Assembly (NCBI GenBank): GCA_964617415.1
Contig: CAZTXH010000001.1
Span: forward strand, 13,692 to 45,928
Origin: an uncultured Rikenellaceae bacterium
GTDB taxonomy: Bacteria; Bacteroidota; Bacteroidia; Bacteroidales; VadinHA17
Direction of reading: 5' to 3'
Length of the DNA: 32,237 nt
Shown here: positions 8,763 through 17,094 of the stretch, one piece after another
Numbering within the stretch: the stretch's first letter is position 1
Layout: each line of letters begins with the position of its first letter
Translations under genes and position numbers: made by a program
Notes under the pieces: generated by a model
Seen by the model: the letters and a program-made list of their open reading frames with translations, nothing else
What the model was told of the DNA's origin: nothing
Databases searched by the model: none

Positions 8763-10550
8763 TTACTTTTTCAGGAATTCTGACAACAGAGATACCTTTT
8801 TAGGTCCGATTAGTTTTTTTAAATCTTCATATGGTGTTTTTCTTATTTTTTCTATAGAGCCAATTTTTTTCATCAATATTTCTTTTGTCTTTTCTCCTAT
8901 TCCTTTTATTTCATCCAATTCTGTTTTTGTAATGTTTGAAGATCTTTTTTCTCTGTGGAAATTTATACCAAAGCGATGTGCTTCATTTCTCAATTGCTGA
9001 ATTATTTTAAGGCTTACCGAATTTTTATCGAGATATAATGGAACATTGTCTCCGGGAAAATAGATCTCTTCAAGTCTCTTTGCTATACCTATAACGGCTA
9101 TTTTTCTTTCGAGATCCAGTTTTTTCAGACTTTTTATTGCAGAAGACAGCTGACCTTTACCTCCATCTATGACTATTAACTGTGGAAGTTCCTGTTTCTC
9201 TTCGATCATTCTCTTATACCGCCTGTATACTATCTCTTCCATTGATGAAAAATCATCAGGCCCACTGACTGTTTTAACATTAAAATGCCGGTACTCTTTT
9301 TTACTTGGCACGCCATTTCTGAAAACAATGCAGGCCGCAACCGGATTTTTACCCATGATATTTGAGTTATCGAAACACTCAATATGCACTGGCAGGTCAG
9401 CCAGATGCAGGTCATCTTTTAATTTATTCAGGTTTTTTGATGTCCTGTCTTTTTTTGTTCCCAATTCCATTCTTTTCCTGCGTTCAAGTTTATAATAGAG
9501 TGCATTTCTTTCTGCCAGTTCGAGCAGTTTCAGTTTTTCTCCTCTTACAGGAACTGTATATTTGACTTTCCCGATCAATATATCTGGCATAAAAGGTGTT
9601 ATTATTTCTTTGGAATCGCTTGACAGTTTTTGTCTTATCTCAGTTATCGCAAAGCCTAGCATGACTTCCTTTTCTTCATCTATCCTGCTTTTCATGTCAA
9701 GTGTAAATATCTGTATCACAGCGCCATCAACAATTTTAAGATAATTTACATAATAGTTCTCATTATCTTGTGTCATTGCAAATACATCTACATTTTTTAT
9801 CCTGTTGCTTACTACAGTTGACCGTGACCTGAACTTTGATAATATCTCCAGTTTTTCCTTGATCATCTGTGCTTCTTCAAACTTCAGATTACGGGAATAA
9901 TCTTCCATTAATCTTTTAAGATGTTCAATTACTGATGATATATTTCCCTTCAGGATATCTCTTATCTGTTTGATTCCGGTCATATATTCTTCCTCGCTCT
10001 GGAGTCCTGTACATGGCGCCTTACAGTTCCCCAGGTGATATTCAAGACATACTTTGAACTTTCCTGATTCAATGTTTGATGCTGTTAAATTCAGATTACA
10101 TGTCCTGAACTTATATAATTGCCTGACAAGGTTGATTAATGTCTTTACCATTTGTCCCGAGGTATATGGACCGAAATATTCCGAACCATCTTTAACTGTA
10201 TTTCGTGTACTGAATACTCTTGGAAATGCTTCGTTCTTTATACATATCCAGGGAAAGGATTTATCATCTTTCAATAATATATTATATCTGGGTTGATGTG
10301 ATTTAATAATATTATTCTCAAGTAAAAGTGCATCCGATTCATTATCGACCACTAGGTGAATTAAGGTTGTTGCTTTACGTAGCATTACACTGGTTTTACC
10401 TGACTGATTCTTGCTGAAATATGAGCTCACTCTTTTCTTAAGGTTTTTTGCCTTTCCTACATAGAGCATTTTGCCTGATGAGTCCATGAATTGATAAACT
10501 CCTGGTTTTTCAGGTATAACCGGTAATATTAACTTTGGATCTAACGACAT
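8763..10550 (-). CDS. uvrC: excinuclease ABC subunit C
   Basis: GIY-YIG motif (PGVYQFMDSSGKMLYVGKAKNLKKRVSSY), UVR domain, and a C-terminal HhH (ELDEIKGIGEKTKEILMKK). I place the start at the internal ATG 10550 (MSLDPKLIL...). The 45 upstream codons of the track ORF are non-homologous and cross a hairpin. Confidence 0.92.
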   Translation of the reverse strand: MSLDPKLILPVIPEKPGVYQFMDSSGKMLYVGKAKNLKKRVSSYFSKNQSGKTSVMLRKATTLIHLVVDNESDALLLENNIIKSHQPRYNILLKDDKSFPWICIKNEAFPRVFSTRNTVKDGSEYFGPYTSGQMVKTLINLVRQLYKFRTCNLNLTASNIESGKFKVCLEYHLGNCKAPCTGLQSEEEYMTGIKQIRDILKGNISSVIEHLKRLMEDYSRNLKFEEAQMIKEKLEILSKFRSRSTVVSNRIKNVDVFAMTQDNENYYVNYLKIVDGAVIQIFTLDMKSRIDEEKEVMLGFAITEIRQKLSSDSKEIITPFMPDILIGKVKYTVPVRGEKLKLLELAERNALYYKLERRKRMELGTKKDRTSKNLNKLKDDLHLADLPVHIECFDNSNIMGKNPVAACIVFRNGVPSKKEYRHFNVKTVSGPDDFSSMEEIVYRRYKRMIEEKQELPQLIVIDGGKGQLSSAIKSLKKLDLERKIAVIGIAKRLEEIYFPGDNVPLYLDKNSVSLKIIQQLRNEAHRFGINFHREKRSSNITKTELDEIKGIGEKTKEILMKKIGSIEKIRKTPYEDLKKLIGPKKVSLLSEFLKK

Positions 10551-10554
10551 GATA

Positions 10555-10562
10555 CAAAGATA
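10555..10562 (-). promoter_or_regulatory. candidate -7 box (TATCTTTG on the minus strand) abutting the uvrC start
   Basis: Exact TAnnTTTG match, only 4 nt upstream of the ATG at 10550. Confidence 0.3.
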
Positions 10563-10635
10563 TGAAATAGTGTAAGTTATTGAGGGTTTTTTATAAGTCC
10601 TTTGTGTACTATAGTGATGAACTTTATGCTCCCTT

Positions 10636-10658
10636 CCTGCCTGCAGCAGGCAGGCAGG
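10636..10658. other. GC-rich hairpin built from (CCTG)2 and (CAGG)3 repeats
   Basis: CCTGCCTGC (10636-10644) pairs with GCAGGCAGG (10650-10658) across a 5-nt loop. It sits between the ade stop (10741) and the uvrC start (10550) in otherwise AT-rich DNA. Confidence 0.55.
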
Positions 10659-10740
10659 CATCACGAAGGTATACACGAAAAACACAAAGTAAAAAAAGCG
10701 AAGTAATATTGCCGGTCAAGGCTGAACTATAGTCATTTAA

Positions 10741-12375
10741 CTAATCTATGAACAATGGAACCGGACAGAACCTTTTTCCGTCAAAAAGTCCGCGGTCACT
10801 TATTTTCAACTCAGGTATTACCAGCAAAGCCATAAATGAAAGTGTCATAAAAGGAGCAGACATTTTACACCCCATATTCTTTACCTGGTCTGATAACTCT
10901 TCATATTTTGAAGCAACAAGATTACATGGTTTATCTGACATTATTCCGGCAATATTTAGTTGGAGTGAATTAATCTTACCATTAACAGCAGTTGACAGTC
11001 CTCCTTTAAGTTTTACAATTTCGTTTACGGCATCCACAATATCTTTATCGGATGTCCCTATTGCTATTATATTATGACTATCGTGTGCAATTGAACTTGA
11101 AAAGGCTCCCTGTTTAATTCCAAATCCCTTAATAAATCCCACCGCCGGTTTTGCATCATTATACCTGTCTTTAACGACTATTTTCAAAATATCCTTTTCC
11201 GTCAAAGCTTCTATCAGTTTCGTTTGTTCTGTCTCACATATTGTTTCTTTTGTTATCAATTCTCCATCAAAAGCATTTATCACCCTTATTTTTCCCCCGT
11301 CATTTTTTATTCTGATCTCTTGTTCTGATATTTTGTTACAATTGAAATTGTTGACAGGTCTTCCGGATTTATATTCGAACATTACTTTACCGTTTTCGAA
11401 AACCTTATTCCCCTCAATCCATGTTTCCAACACATCCATTCTACCAAGATCATTGACCAGTATAAAATCGGCGTTATCGCCCGGTCTCAACATACCTGCA
11501 TCGAGGTTATAATGTTTTGCAGGATTTATTGTAGCACTCCTGATTATATCAAATTTATTATAGCCTTCAGAGATCAGTTTAGCAACAATTTTATTTATGT
11601 GTCTTTTTTCAAGCATTTCGGGATGCAGATCATCACTACAAAGCATAAGTTTTTCCGGATCTGTTTTAAACAGTTCCTTGAGTGCATCAAGGTTTCTAGC
11701 TGCACTTCCTTCCCTTATAATTATTTTCATACCAAGGTTCAGTTTTTCCTTTGCTTCCTTAATCGTGCTACATTCATGATCCGTAGTTATTCCTGCTTCA
11801 ACATACTTTTTCAGATCCTCTCCTGATAAGCCCGGAGCATGTCCATCAATCCTTTTATTCTTTTCTTTGGCTATATTTATTTTTCTAATTATTTCTGCAT
11901 TTTCATATACAACTCCCGGGTAATTCATCATTTCAGCCAGATGCTTTATTTCCGGCTTATTCAGTAGTATTTCAATCTCTTTACTTGTAAGTTTTGCTCC
12001 ACTTGTTTCAAGCTCTGTTGCCGGTACGCATGATGGAGCTCCAAACCAGAATTTCACAGGCACTGTTTTTCCATCTTCGATCATATACTCAATACCTATC
12101 ATTCCCAATACATTTGCTATTTCGTGTGGATCTGCAACAACACCAATTGTTCCATGTGGAACACTTGCCGCTGCAAATGTGCCAGGACATAACATTGAAC
12201 TTTCAATATGTATATGTGCATCTATTAATCCCGGTAATACCCAATTCTCTACAGGTCTTTCTATCTTCTCTATCTTCTTGATTTTTTTTCCCTCTATTTC
12301 AACGCATGCATTATATATCTCTCTTTTATGTATGTCGACCAACCTGCCTTCAACTTTTTTATTTATTTTTTTCAT
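10741..12375 (-). CDS. ade: adenine deaminase
   Basis: 544 aa. It has the amidohydrolase metal motif GLIDAHIHIESSML, HEIANV, and the DGHAPGLSGEDL region typical of Ade. Confidence 0.9.
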   Translation of the reverse strand: MKKINKKVEGRLVDIHKREIYNACVEIEGKKIKKIEKIERPVENWVLPGLIDAHIHIESSMLCPGTFAAASVPHGTIGVVADPHEIANVLGMIGIEYMIEDGKTVPVKFWFGAPSCVPATELETSGAKLTSKEIEILLNKPEIKHLAEMMNYPGVVYENAEIIRKINIAKEKNKRIDGHAPGLSGEDLKKYVEAGITTDHECSTIKEAKEKLNLGMKIIIREGSAARNLDALKELFKTDPEKLMLCSDDLHPEMLEKRHINKIVAKLISEGYNKFDIIRSATINPAKHYNLDAGMLRPGDNADFILVNDLGRMDVLETWIEGNKVFENGKVMFEYKSGRPVNNFNCNKISEQEIRIKNDGGKIRVINAFDGELITKETICETEQTKLIEALTEKDILKIVVKDRYNDAKPAVGFIKGFGIKQGAFSSSIAHDSHNIIAIGTSDKDIVDAVNEIVKLKGGLSTAVNGKINSLQLNIAGIMSDKPCNLVASKYEELSDQVKNMGCKMSAPFMTLSFMALLVIPELKISDRGLFDGKRFCPVPLFID

Positions 12376-12388
12376 AAATAATTTTTTT

Positions 12389-12402
12389 GTTCCACGTGGA
12401 AC
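12389..12402. promoter_or_regulatory. perfect 14-bp palindrome GTTCCACGTGGAAC in the 30-bp mnmG-ade spacer
   Basis: Read directly: GTTCCAC is the reverse complement of GTGGAAC. It lies 3 nt after the mnmG stop and 13 nt before the ade ATG. Confidence 0.4.
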
Positions 12403-12405
12403 ATT

Positions 12406-14280
12406 TTATCTTCCCAAGTACATTAATAAAATATTTATGTCGGATGGCGAAACTCCGCTAATCCTTCCTGCCTGAGCAATATTTCTTGGTTTTATTCGAT
12501 TTAATTTCTGTCTTCCTTCTGTAGATATTGATAATAATTCATCGTATTTAATATCTTCTGGTATTTTTAGATTCTCAAGTCTTTTTATCTTTTCTGCTAT
12601 TACTTTTTCTCTTTGTATATACCCTTCATACTTTATTTTTATTTCAGCTGCTTCAGCAATTTCATTAAACCTTTCTGATTTTTCTATCTTCAGACTTTTC
12701 TCATCATAAATATGTTTTAACAGATCCCCAGTTTTAACTTGTGGTCTCGATGCAATATTTATTGCTTTTAATTTTTGTTTTATCGGGTTTGTACCTCTTT
12801 TCTTTAAAAACTCATTTATCTCTGCCGGTGCAATGCTCTTTTCCTTTACAAACTCTACTACCTCTTTTTTCATTTCTTCCTTTTCCTCCAGCATTCTCAG
12901 TCTCTTTTTATCAGCCAGTCCTATTTTATATCCTCTTCTCGTTAATCTCTCATCTGCATTATCCTGCCTTAACAATATTCTGTACTCTGCCCTTGAAGTA
13001 AACATTCTATATGGCTCATCCACACCTTTTGTTACAAGATCGTCAATTAATACTCCTATATATGCTTCATCTCTTTTAATTACCATTTCTTCATCTCCTC
13101 TTATCTTTAAAACTGCATTTATTCCTGCCATAATTCCCTGCGCTCCTGCTTCTTCATATCCCGTTGTCCCGTTTATTTGTCCGGCAAAATACAAGTTCTC
13201 AATCATTTTAGTCTCCAATGTATGTTTTAATTGTGTTGGCTGGAAAAAATCATATTCAATTGCATACCCCGGCCTGAATATTTCTACATTTTCTAATCCC
13301 TTTACTTTTCTTAATGCATTTAACTGGGCCTCTAAAGGCAGACTGCTTGCAAATCCGTTAACATAATATTCTATTGTGTTAGTTCCTTCCGGTTCTATAA
13401 AAAGCTGGTGAGCATTTCTTTCTTTAAATGTTACTATCTTGTCTTCAATACTTGGACAGTATCTGGGTCCAATCCCTTTAATTTTTCCCTGAAAAAGCGG
13501 ACTGAACTCAAGCCCTTTTCTTAATTCTTCATGAGCCTCTTCGTTTGTATGTGTAATATAACAGCTTCTCTGTCTTTTTATTTTTTGTTTCCTTGACATA
13601 TATGAGAACCTTTCTGGTTCTTCATCTCCCTTTTGTTCCTTTAGTATTTTAAAGTTTATTGTTCTTCCATCAATTCTTGGGCTTGTTCCTGTTTTCAATC
13701 TTTCTACTTTAAATCCTAAATCTTCAAGCTGTTCACTAAGTCCTGTTGATGCAGTATCTCCTGCTCTTCCTCCTTTGATATTTTTAAAACCAACATGCAG
13801 GATTCCATTCAAGAATGTCCCATTTGTTAATATTATTGATTTCGCCTTAAATTGTGTTCCAAACGATGTTTCTATACCTTCAACTTTTTTCCCCTTTAAT
13901 AATAGCTTGTTAGCCTCTTCCTGCCATATATATAAGTTTTTTGTTCCTTCTAATGCTTTTCTCCATTCAATTGAAAATTTTTGTCTGTCACATTGCGCCC
14001 TCGGGCTCCACATCGCAGGACCTTTTGACTTATTCAGCATTCTGAATTGTATCATACTTCTGTCTGTAATCAATCCACTCATTCCTCCCAGTGCATCAAT
14101 TTCTCTAATTATCTGACCCTTTGCAATACCACCCATTGCAGGATTGCAAGACATTTGAGCCAGCTTTGTCATGTCCATTGTTATTAGTAGCGTTTTTGCA
14201 CCCATTTTTGCTGCTGCATGTGCAGCTTCACATCCTGCATGTCCACCACCTACAACAATTATATCATATTTAAAAATCAT
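12406..14280 (-). CDS. mnmG: tRNA uridine-5-carboxymethylaminomethyl(34) synthesis enzyme MnmG (GidA)
   Basis: YDIIVVGGGHAGCEAA FAD motif, GPRYCPSIEDK, and FAGQINGTTGYEEAGAQG. The start is set at ATG 14280 (MIFKYDII...), which overlaps the ybeY stop as ATGA. Confidence 0.93.
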   Translation of the reverse strand: MIFKYDIIVVGGGHAGCEAAHAAAKMGAKTLLITMDMTKLAQMSCNPAMGGIAKGQIIREIDALGGMSGLITDRSMIQFRMLNKSKGPAMWSPRAQCDRQKFSIEWRKALEGTKNLYIWQEEANKLLLKGKKVEGIETSFGTQFKAKSIILTNGTFLNGILHVGFKNIKGGRAGDTASTGLSEQLEDLGFKVERLKTGTSPRIDGRTINFKILKEQKGDEEPERFSYMSRKQKIKRQRSCYITHTNEEAHEELRKGLEFSPLFQGKIKGIGPRYCPSIEDKIVTFKERNAHQLFIEPEGTNTIEYYVNGFASSLPLEAQLNALRKVKGLENVEIFRPGYAIEYDFFQPTQLKHTLETKMIENLYFAGQINGTTGYEEAGAQGIMAGINAVLKIRGDEEMVIKRDEAYIGVLIDDLVTKGVDEPYRMFTSRAEYRILLRQDNADERLTRRGYKIGLADKKRLRMLEEKEEMKKEVVEFVKEKSIAPAEINEFLKKRGTNPIKQKLKAINIASRPQVKTGDLLKHIYDEKSLKIEKSERFNEIAEAAEIKIKYEGYIQREKVIAEKIKRLENLKIPEDIKYDELLSISTEGRQKLNRIKPRNIAQAGRISGVSPSDINILLMYLGR

Positions 14281-14705
14281 TTTTCCTCCCCTTTTTCTTT
14301 TTCCAACCATTTATTTTCTTTCTTTCTCATTATATTTTTTTCTTCTTTACTTATATCATCATATCCACATAAATGTAATGTTCCATGTATCATTACCCTT
14401 AAAATCTCTTCTCTTAAACTAACTTTATAGTTATAAGCGTTTCTTTTAACTGTCTCTTTACTTATATATATATCTCCATTAATTTTATTTCCTTCGCTAT
14501 AATCAAATGCAATAACATCCGTCAGTGTATCTCTATGCAGAAATTCCTTGTTTATCTTTAACATCTCTTCATCACTCGTTATAATAAAATAAAGGTCACC
14601 CGGAATCTTTGATTCTTTCTTGATGACCTCTTTTATTATTTCTAATGCTCGTCTGCTTTTCTTCAGTCTGTAACTAATATTATCATAAAAGATAACTACA
14701 CTCAA
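14277..14705 (-). CDS. ybeY: rRNA maturation endoribonuclease YbeY
   Basis: 142 aa with the zinc motif HGTLHLCGYDD. After the upstream in-frame TAA the only start-type codon ahead of the conserved N-terminal region is TTG at 14705, which overlaps the upstream gene's TGA. Confidence 0.88.
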   Translation of the reverse strand: MSVVIFYDNISYRLKKSRRALEIIKEVIKKESKIPGDLYFIITSDEEMLKINKEFLHRDTLTDVIAFDYSEGNKINGDIYISKETVKRNAYNYKVSLREEILRVMIHGTLHLCGYDDISKEEKNIMRKKENKWLEKEKGEEK

Positions 14706-15106
14706 GTTCTTATATTTTTAAATTTCATTGTCACACTATTTCCTCGTCTGTTAAACTTTATGTCATCAGCCAGTTTCGTCATTAGAAATATTCCCCTTCC
14801 GTTTATTGCGTCAATATTCTCCGGATCAGTCGGGTCTGGTATTATATCCGGAATAAATCCTTTTCCCTCATCTTTTACTACTATAATCAGTTCCTTGTTA
14901 TTTAGTTTTATTTCAATTTCCACCATCTTCTTTTTATCTGCTTTATTTCCATGAATAATAGCATTATTAACTGCTTCTAAAGCAGATACCAGTATTTTGC
15001 CATAATTATCTTTGCTTATCCCTGCTTCACCAGTAATATTATCAATAGCATTTTCGACAGCTCTTAAGTTGTCGATCGTTGATTCTATCCTTATTTTTTT
15101 TATCAT
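14702..15106 (-). CDS. RsbW/SpoIIAB-like anti-sigma-factor-type serine kinase (HATPase_c_2), no partner gene in the window
   Basis: 134 aa. It has an N-box EAVNNAIIHG, a G1 box VKDEGKGF and a G2 box NGRGIFLM. Confidence 0.75.
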   Translation of the reverse strand: MIKKIRIESTIDNLRAVENAIDNITGEAGISKDNYGKILVSALEAVNNAIIHGNKADKKKMVEIEIKLNNKELIIVVKDEGKGFIPDIIPDPTDPENIDAINGRGIFLMTKLADDIKFNRRGNSVTMKFKNIRT

Positions 15107-15164
15107 TAATTCTTTAACGGCATTTTATTTATACTCAATCTTGCCCATTTTGTTTCAATATACT

Positions 15165-16343
15165 CTACATTTTTGCTATCCACTGTTCCGGATCGAGATA
15201 TTCCTGATCAAATATCATAAACTTCATAGTACAATTCTTGTCTCCTTCATTATTCAAAAATATTTCACCAATTTCTTGTTTTGCCTCTACAATTTCACCT
15301 GTTTTTACTTTTACATTTACCAGATTATTGTATACTGTCATATAATTACCATGTTTAATAATAACAGTCATATTTGCTCCTGGTATACTAAATATTGATC
15401 TTACTTCTCCTTTATATATACTTCTTACCTTAGTTTTACCTGTACTTGTTATTTCCACGCCGATATTATTCTCAGTTACATATTTTAATACCGGGTGTTT
15501 ATGTTCACCGAATTTATTTGTTATTATTCCTCTTTCCACAGGCCAGGGCAATCTTCCCCTATTTTCAAAAAAGTTTTCACCAATAAGCTTTTGTTCCGGA
15601 GTTAAATCTGCTACTCTCGCTCTCCTGCTCTCTTCAGCAATTATTTTAGCTATTTCACTTTCAAGTTTCTTTGCAATTGCTTTCTTTTCTTCCAATTCTT
15701 TTCTCAGCTCTCTCTCCTTTCTGCTCAACGACCTTATAATTCCCTGTTTTCTGTTTCTCTCCTGTTGCAAAAGATTTTTTTGTTTCTCCTCTCTTTTTTT
15801 TAATTCTATAATTTTATCAAGATCGCCCTGAAGTCTGTTTTTTGAAATTTCTATCTGCTCTTTAAGTTGCATAATTATTTCAGCCTCATTTCGTCTGTAT
15901 CTCGAAATTTGTTGTAAGTATTTTAATCGTTTGTAACCTTGATTAAAGTCTTTAGCTGAAAGTATATATACAATTTCAGGATTACTTTTTTTTGATTTAT
16001 ATAAATTTCTTATCGTTTTTGAATACTCTTTCTTAAGCTTAACCAGATCGCTTTCCATCATATTCAGGCCAATTTCATTAATTTCTATTCTTTCCGACAG
16101 CAGATCAATCTCTTCTCCCATACCTGTAATAACTGATTCTCTAAGTGTAAGTTTGCTTCCTAGTATTTTTAATGCACTTATTCCTTCACTTTTTTCCCTG
16201 GCGGTACTCTTTAACATATTGTCTACATATTCTATATCCTCCAGGGTTTTTGCTCTTCTTCCTTCCAGCTCTTCTCTGGTTTGCCCTGAGGCTCCTTCCG
16301 GGTATATTGTTACTATTACAATTAATATTATCAGCTTCTTCAT
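15165..16343 (-). CDS. EnvC-like coiled-coil protein with a degenerate LytM (M23) domain
   Basis: 392 aa with a signal peptide and a ~230 aa K/E/R-rich coiled coil. The C-terminal LytM fold has metal-ligand positions changed (NIGVEI for HxGxD, YNNL for YxHL, MKFMIF for HLHFE). Confidence 0.85.
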   Translation of the reverse strand: MKKLIILIVIVTIYPEGASGQTREELEGRRAKTLEDIEYVDNMLKSTAREKSEGISALKILGSKLTLRESVITGMGEEIDLLSERIEINEIGLNMMESDLVKLKKEYSKTIRNLYKSKKSNPEIVYILSAKDFNQGYKRLKYLQQISRYRRNEAEIIMQLKEQIEISKNRLQGDLDKIIELKKREEKQKNLLQQERNRKQGIIRSLSRKERELRKELEEKKAIAKKLESEIAKIIAEESRRARVADLTPEQKLIGENFFENRGRLPWPVERGIITNKFGEHKHPVLKYVTENNIGVEITSTGKTKVRSIYKGEVRSIFSIPGANMTVIIKHGNYMTVYNNLVNVKVKTGEIVEAKQEIGEIFLNNEGDKNCTMKFMIFDQEYLDPEQWIAKM

Positions 16344-17094
16344 CTTAATAATATTTTCTCGTATTTCTTGCCCGGTATAAATATTATATCATTCTTCAGT
16401 CCAATTTCTAGTTTTTCAATATTTATTTCTATTCTTTCGTTCTTATTATCAGCTTTTAATGAAATATTTCTTGCTATAGTATATTCATCTCTTTTATTAA
16501 AATTCCTGAAATTAATATTAATATTTGTCTGCGTAATTTCATCATACACAGTAAGATTAATCACTTTCATTTTATTACAATCTACTGTATATTTGATCTC
16601 TTTCCCTTTAATCCTATCATCCACATAAGCTTTGTTCTTCTCACATTCATTTATTTCCCCATCTTCTATATTTGTTATAAAATCTCCCAGTATTATCGGT
16701 AACATTTCCGTTGTTATTCCATATTTTTTGTTTAAATAATTTGTTGATCCGTAGTATAGTTTCTTATTTATCCTGTCATTTACCATAATTGTATCCGGAG
16801 TAATATATATCCTTGCGCCCTCATCCCTGTTTTGTTTCGTATACTTATTAAATATTTTCCCCCGGATTCATATTTTATATTTCCAATTAATTTCTCCTTT
16901 TCATCATTGTTAATAATTTTAATTTCAGCTTTTATAACATTAAAGTCGTTATTTGTCAGGTTTAATTCTCTTATTTCTTCATTACTAACTCTATTCTTCT
17001 CCTTATCAACTGCTTCTGGTAATTTTCTCTTACTTAATGCAGCACATCCAGCAATGAATGGCACTAATAATATTATCACAACTACCTTCTGCAT
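16340..17094 (-). pseudogene. DUF4292-type (LolA-like) lipoprotein gene split by a 1-nt frame break
   Basis: Track ORFs 16780..17094 (lipobox LVPFIAGC) and 16340..16786 together make ~250 aa. The frame of the downstream ORF is already open from ~16868 and reads ...DEGARIYITPDTIMVNDRINKK, continuing ISIRNKTG from the upstream ORF. The break lies around the CCC/GGG run at 16825-16827. Confidence 0.7.

Noticed and set aside
8749-9000. An 83-aa plus-strand ORF at the 3' end of uvrC.
   Set aside because: It is antisense to the uvrC HhH region, has a non-ATG start and shows no motifs.
10551-10685. The 45-codon N-terminal extension of the uvrC ORF in the track.
   Set aside because: UvrC homology (GIY-YIG) starts right after the internal ATG at 10550. 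The extension crosses the GC-rich hairpin and a candidate promoter box.
12833-13366. A 177-aa plus-strand ORF. Similar S/F/L/I-rich ORFs occur at 12741..13001, 13775..14116, 14171..14430, 15012..15398, 16368..16628 and 16832..17161.
   Set aside because: All are antisense to well-supported K/E-rich minus-strand genes. They have low-complexity composition typical of shadow ORFs.
14281-14310. Upstream extensions of mnmG (MVGKRKRGGK), of the cyclophilin gene (20832..20876, TTG start) and of the CoA-binding gene (1146..1151, TTG start).
   Set aside because: The downstream ATGs give canonical N-termini. These are the FAD motif at residue 6, a lipoprotein signal peptide, and a normal start. The mnmG ATG also forms an ATGA overlap with ybeY.
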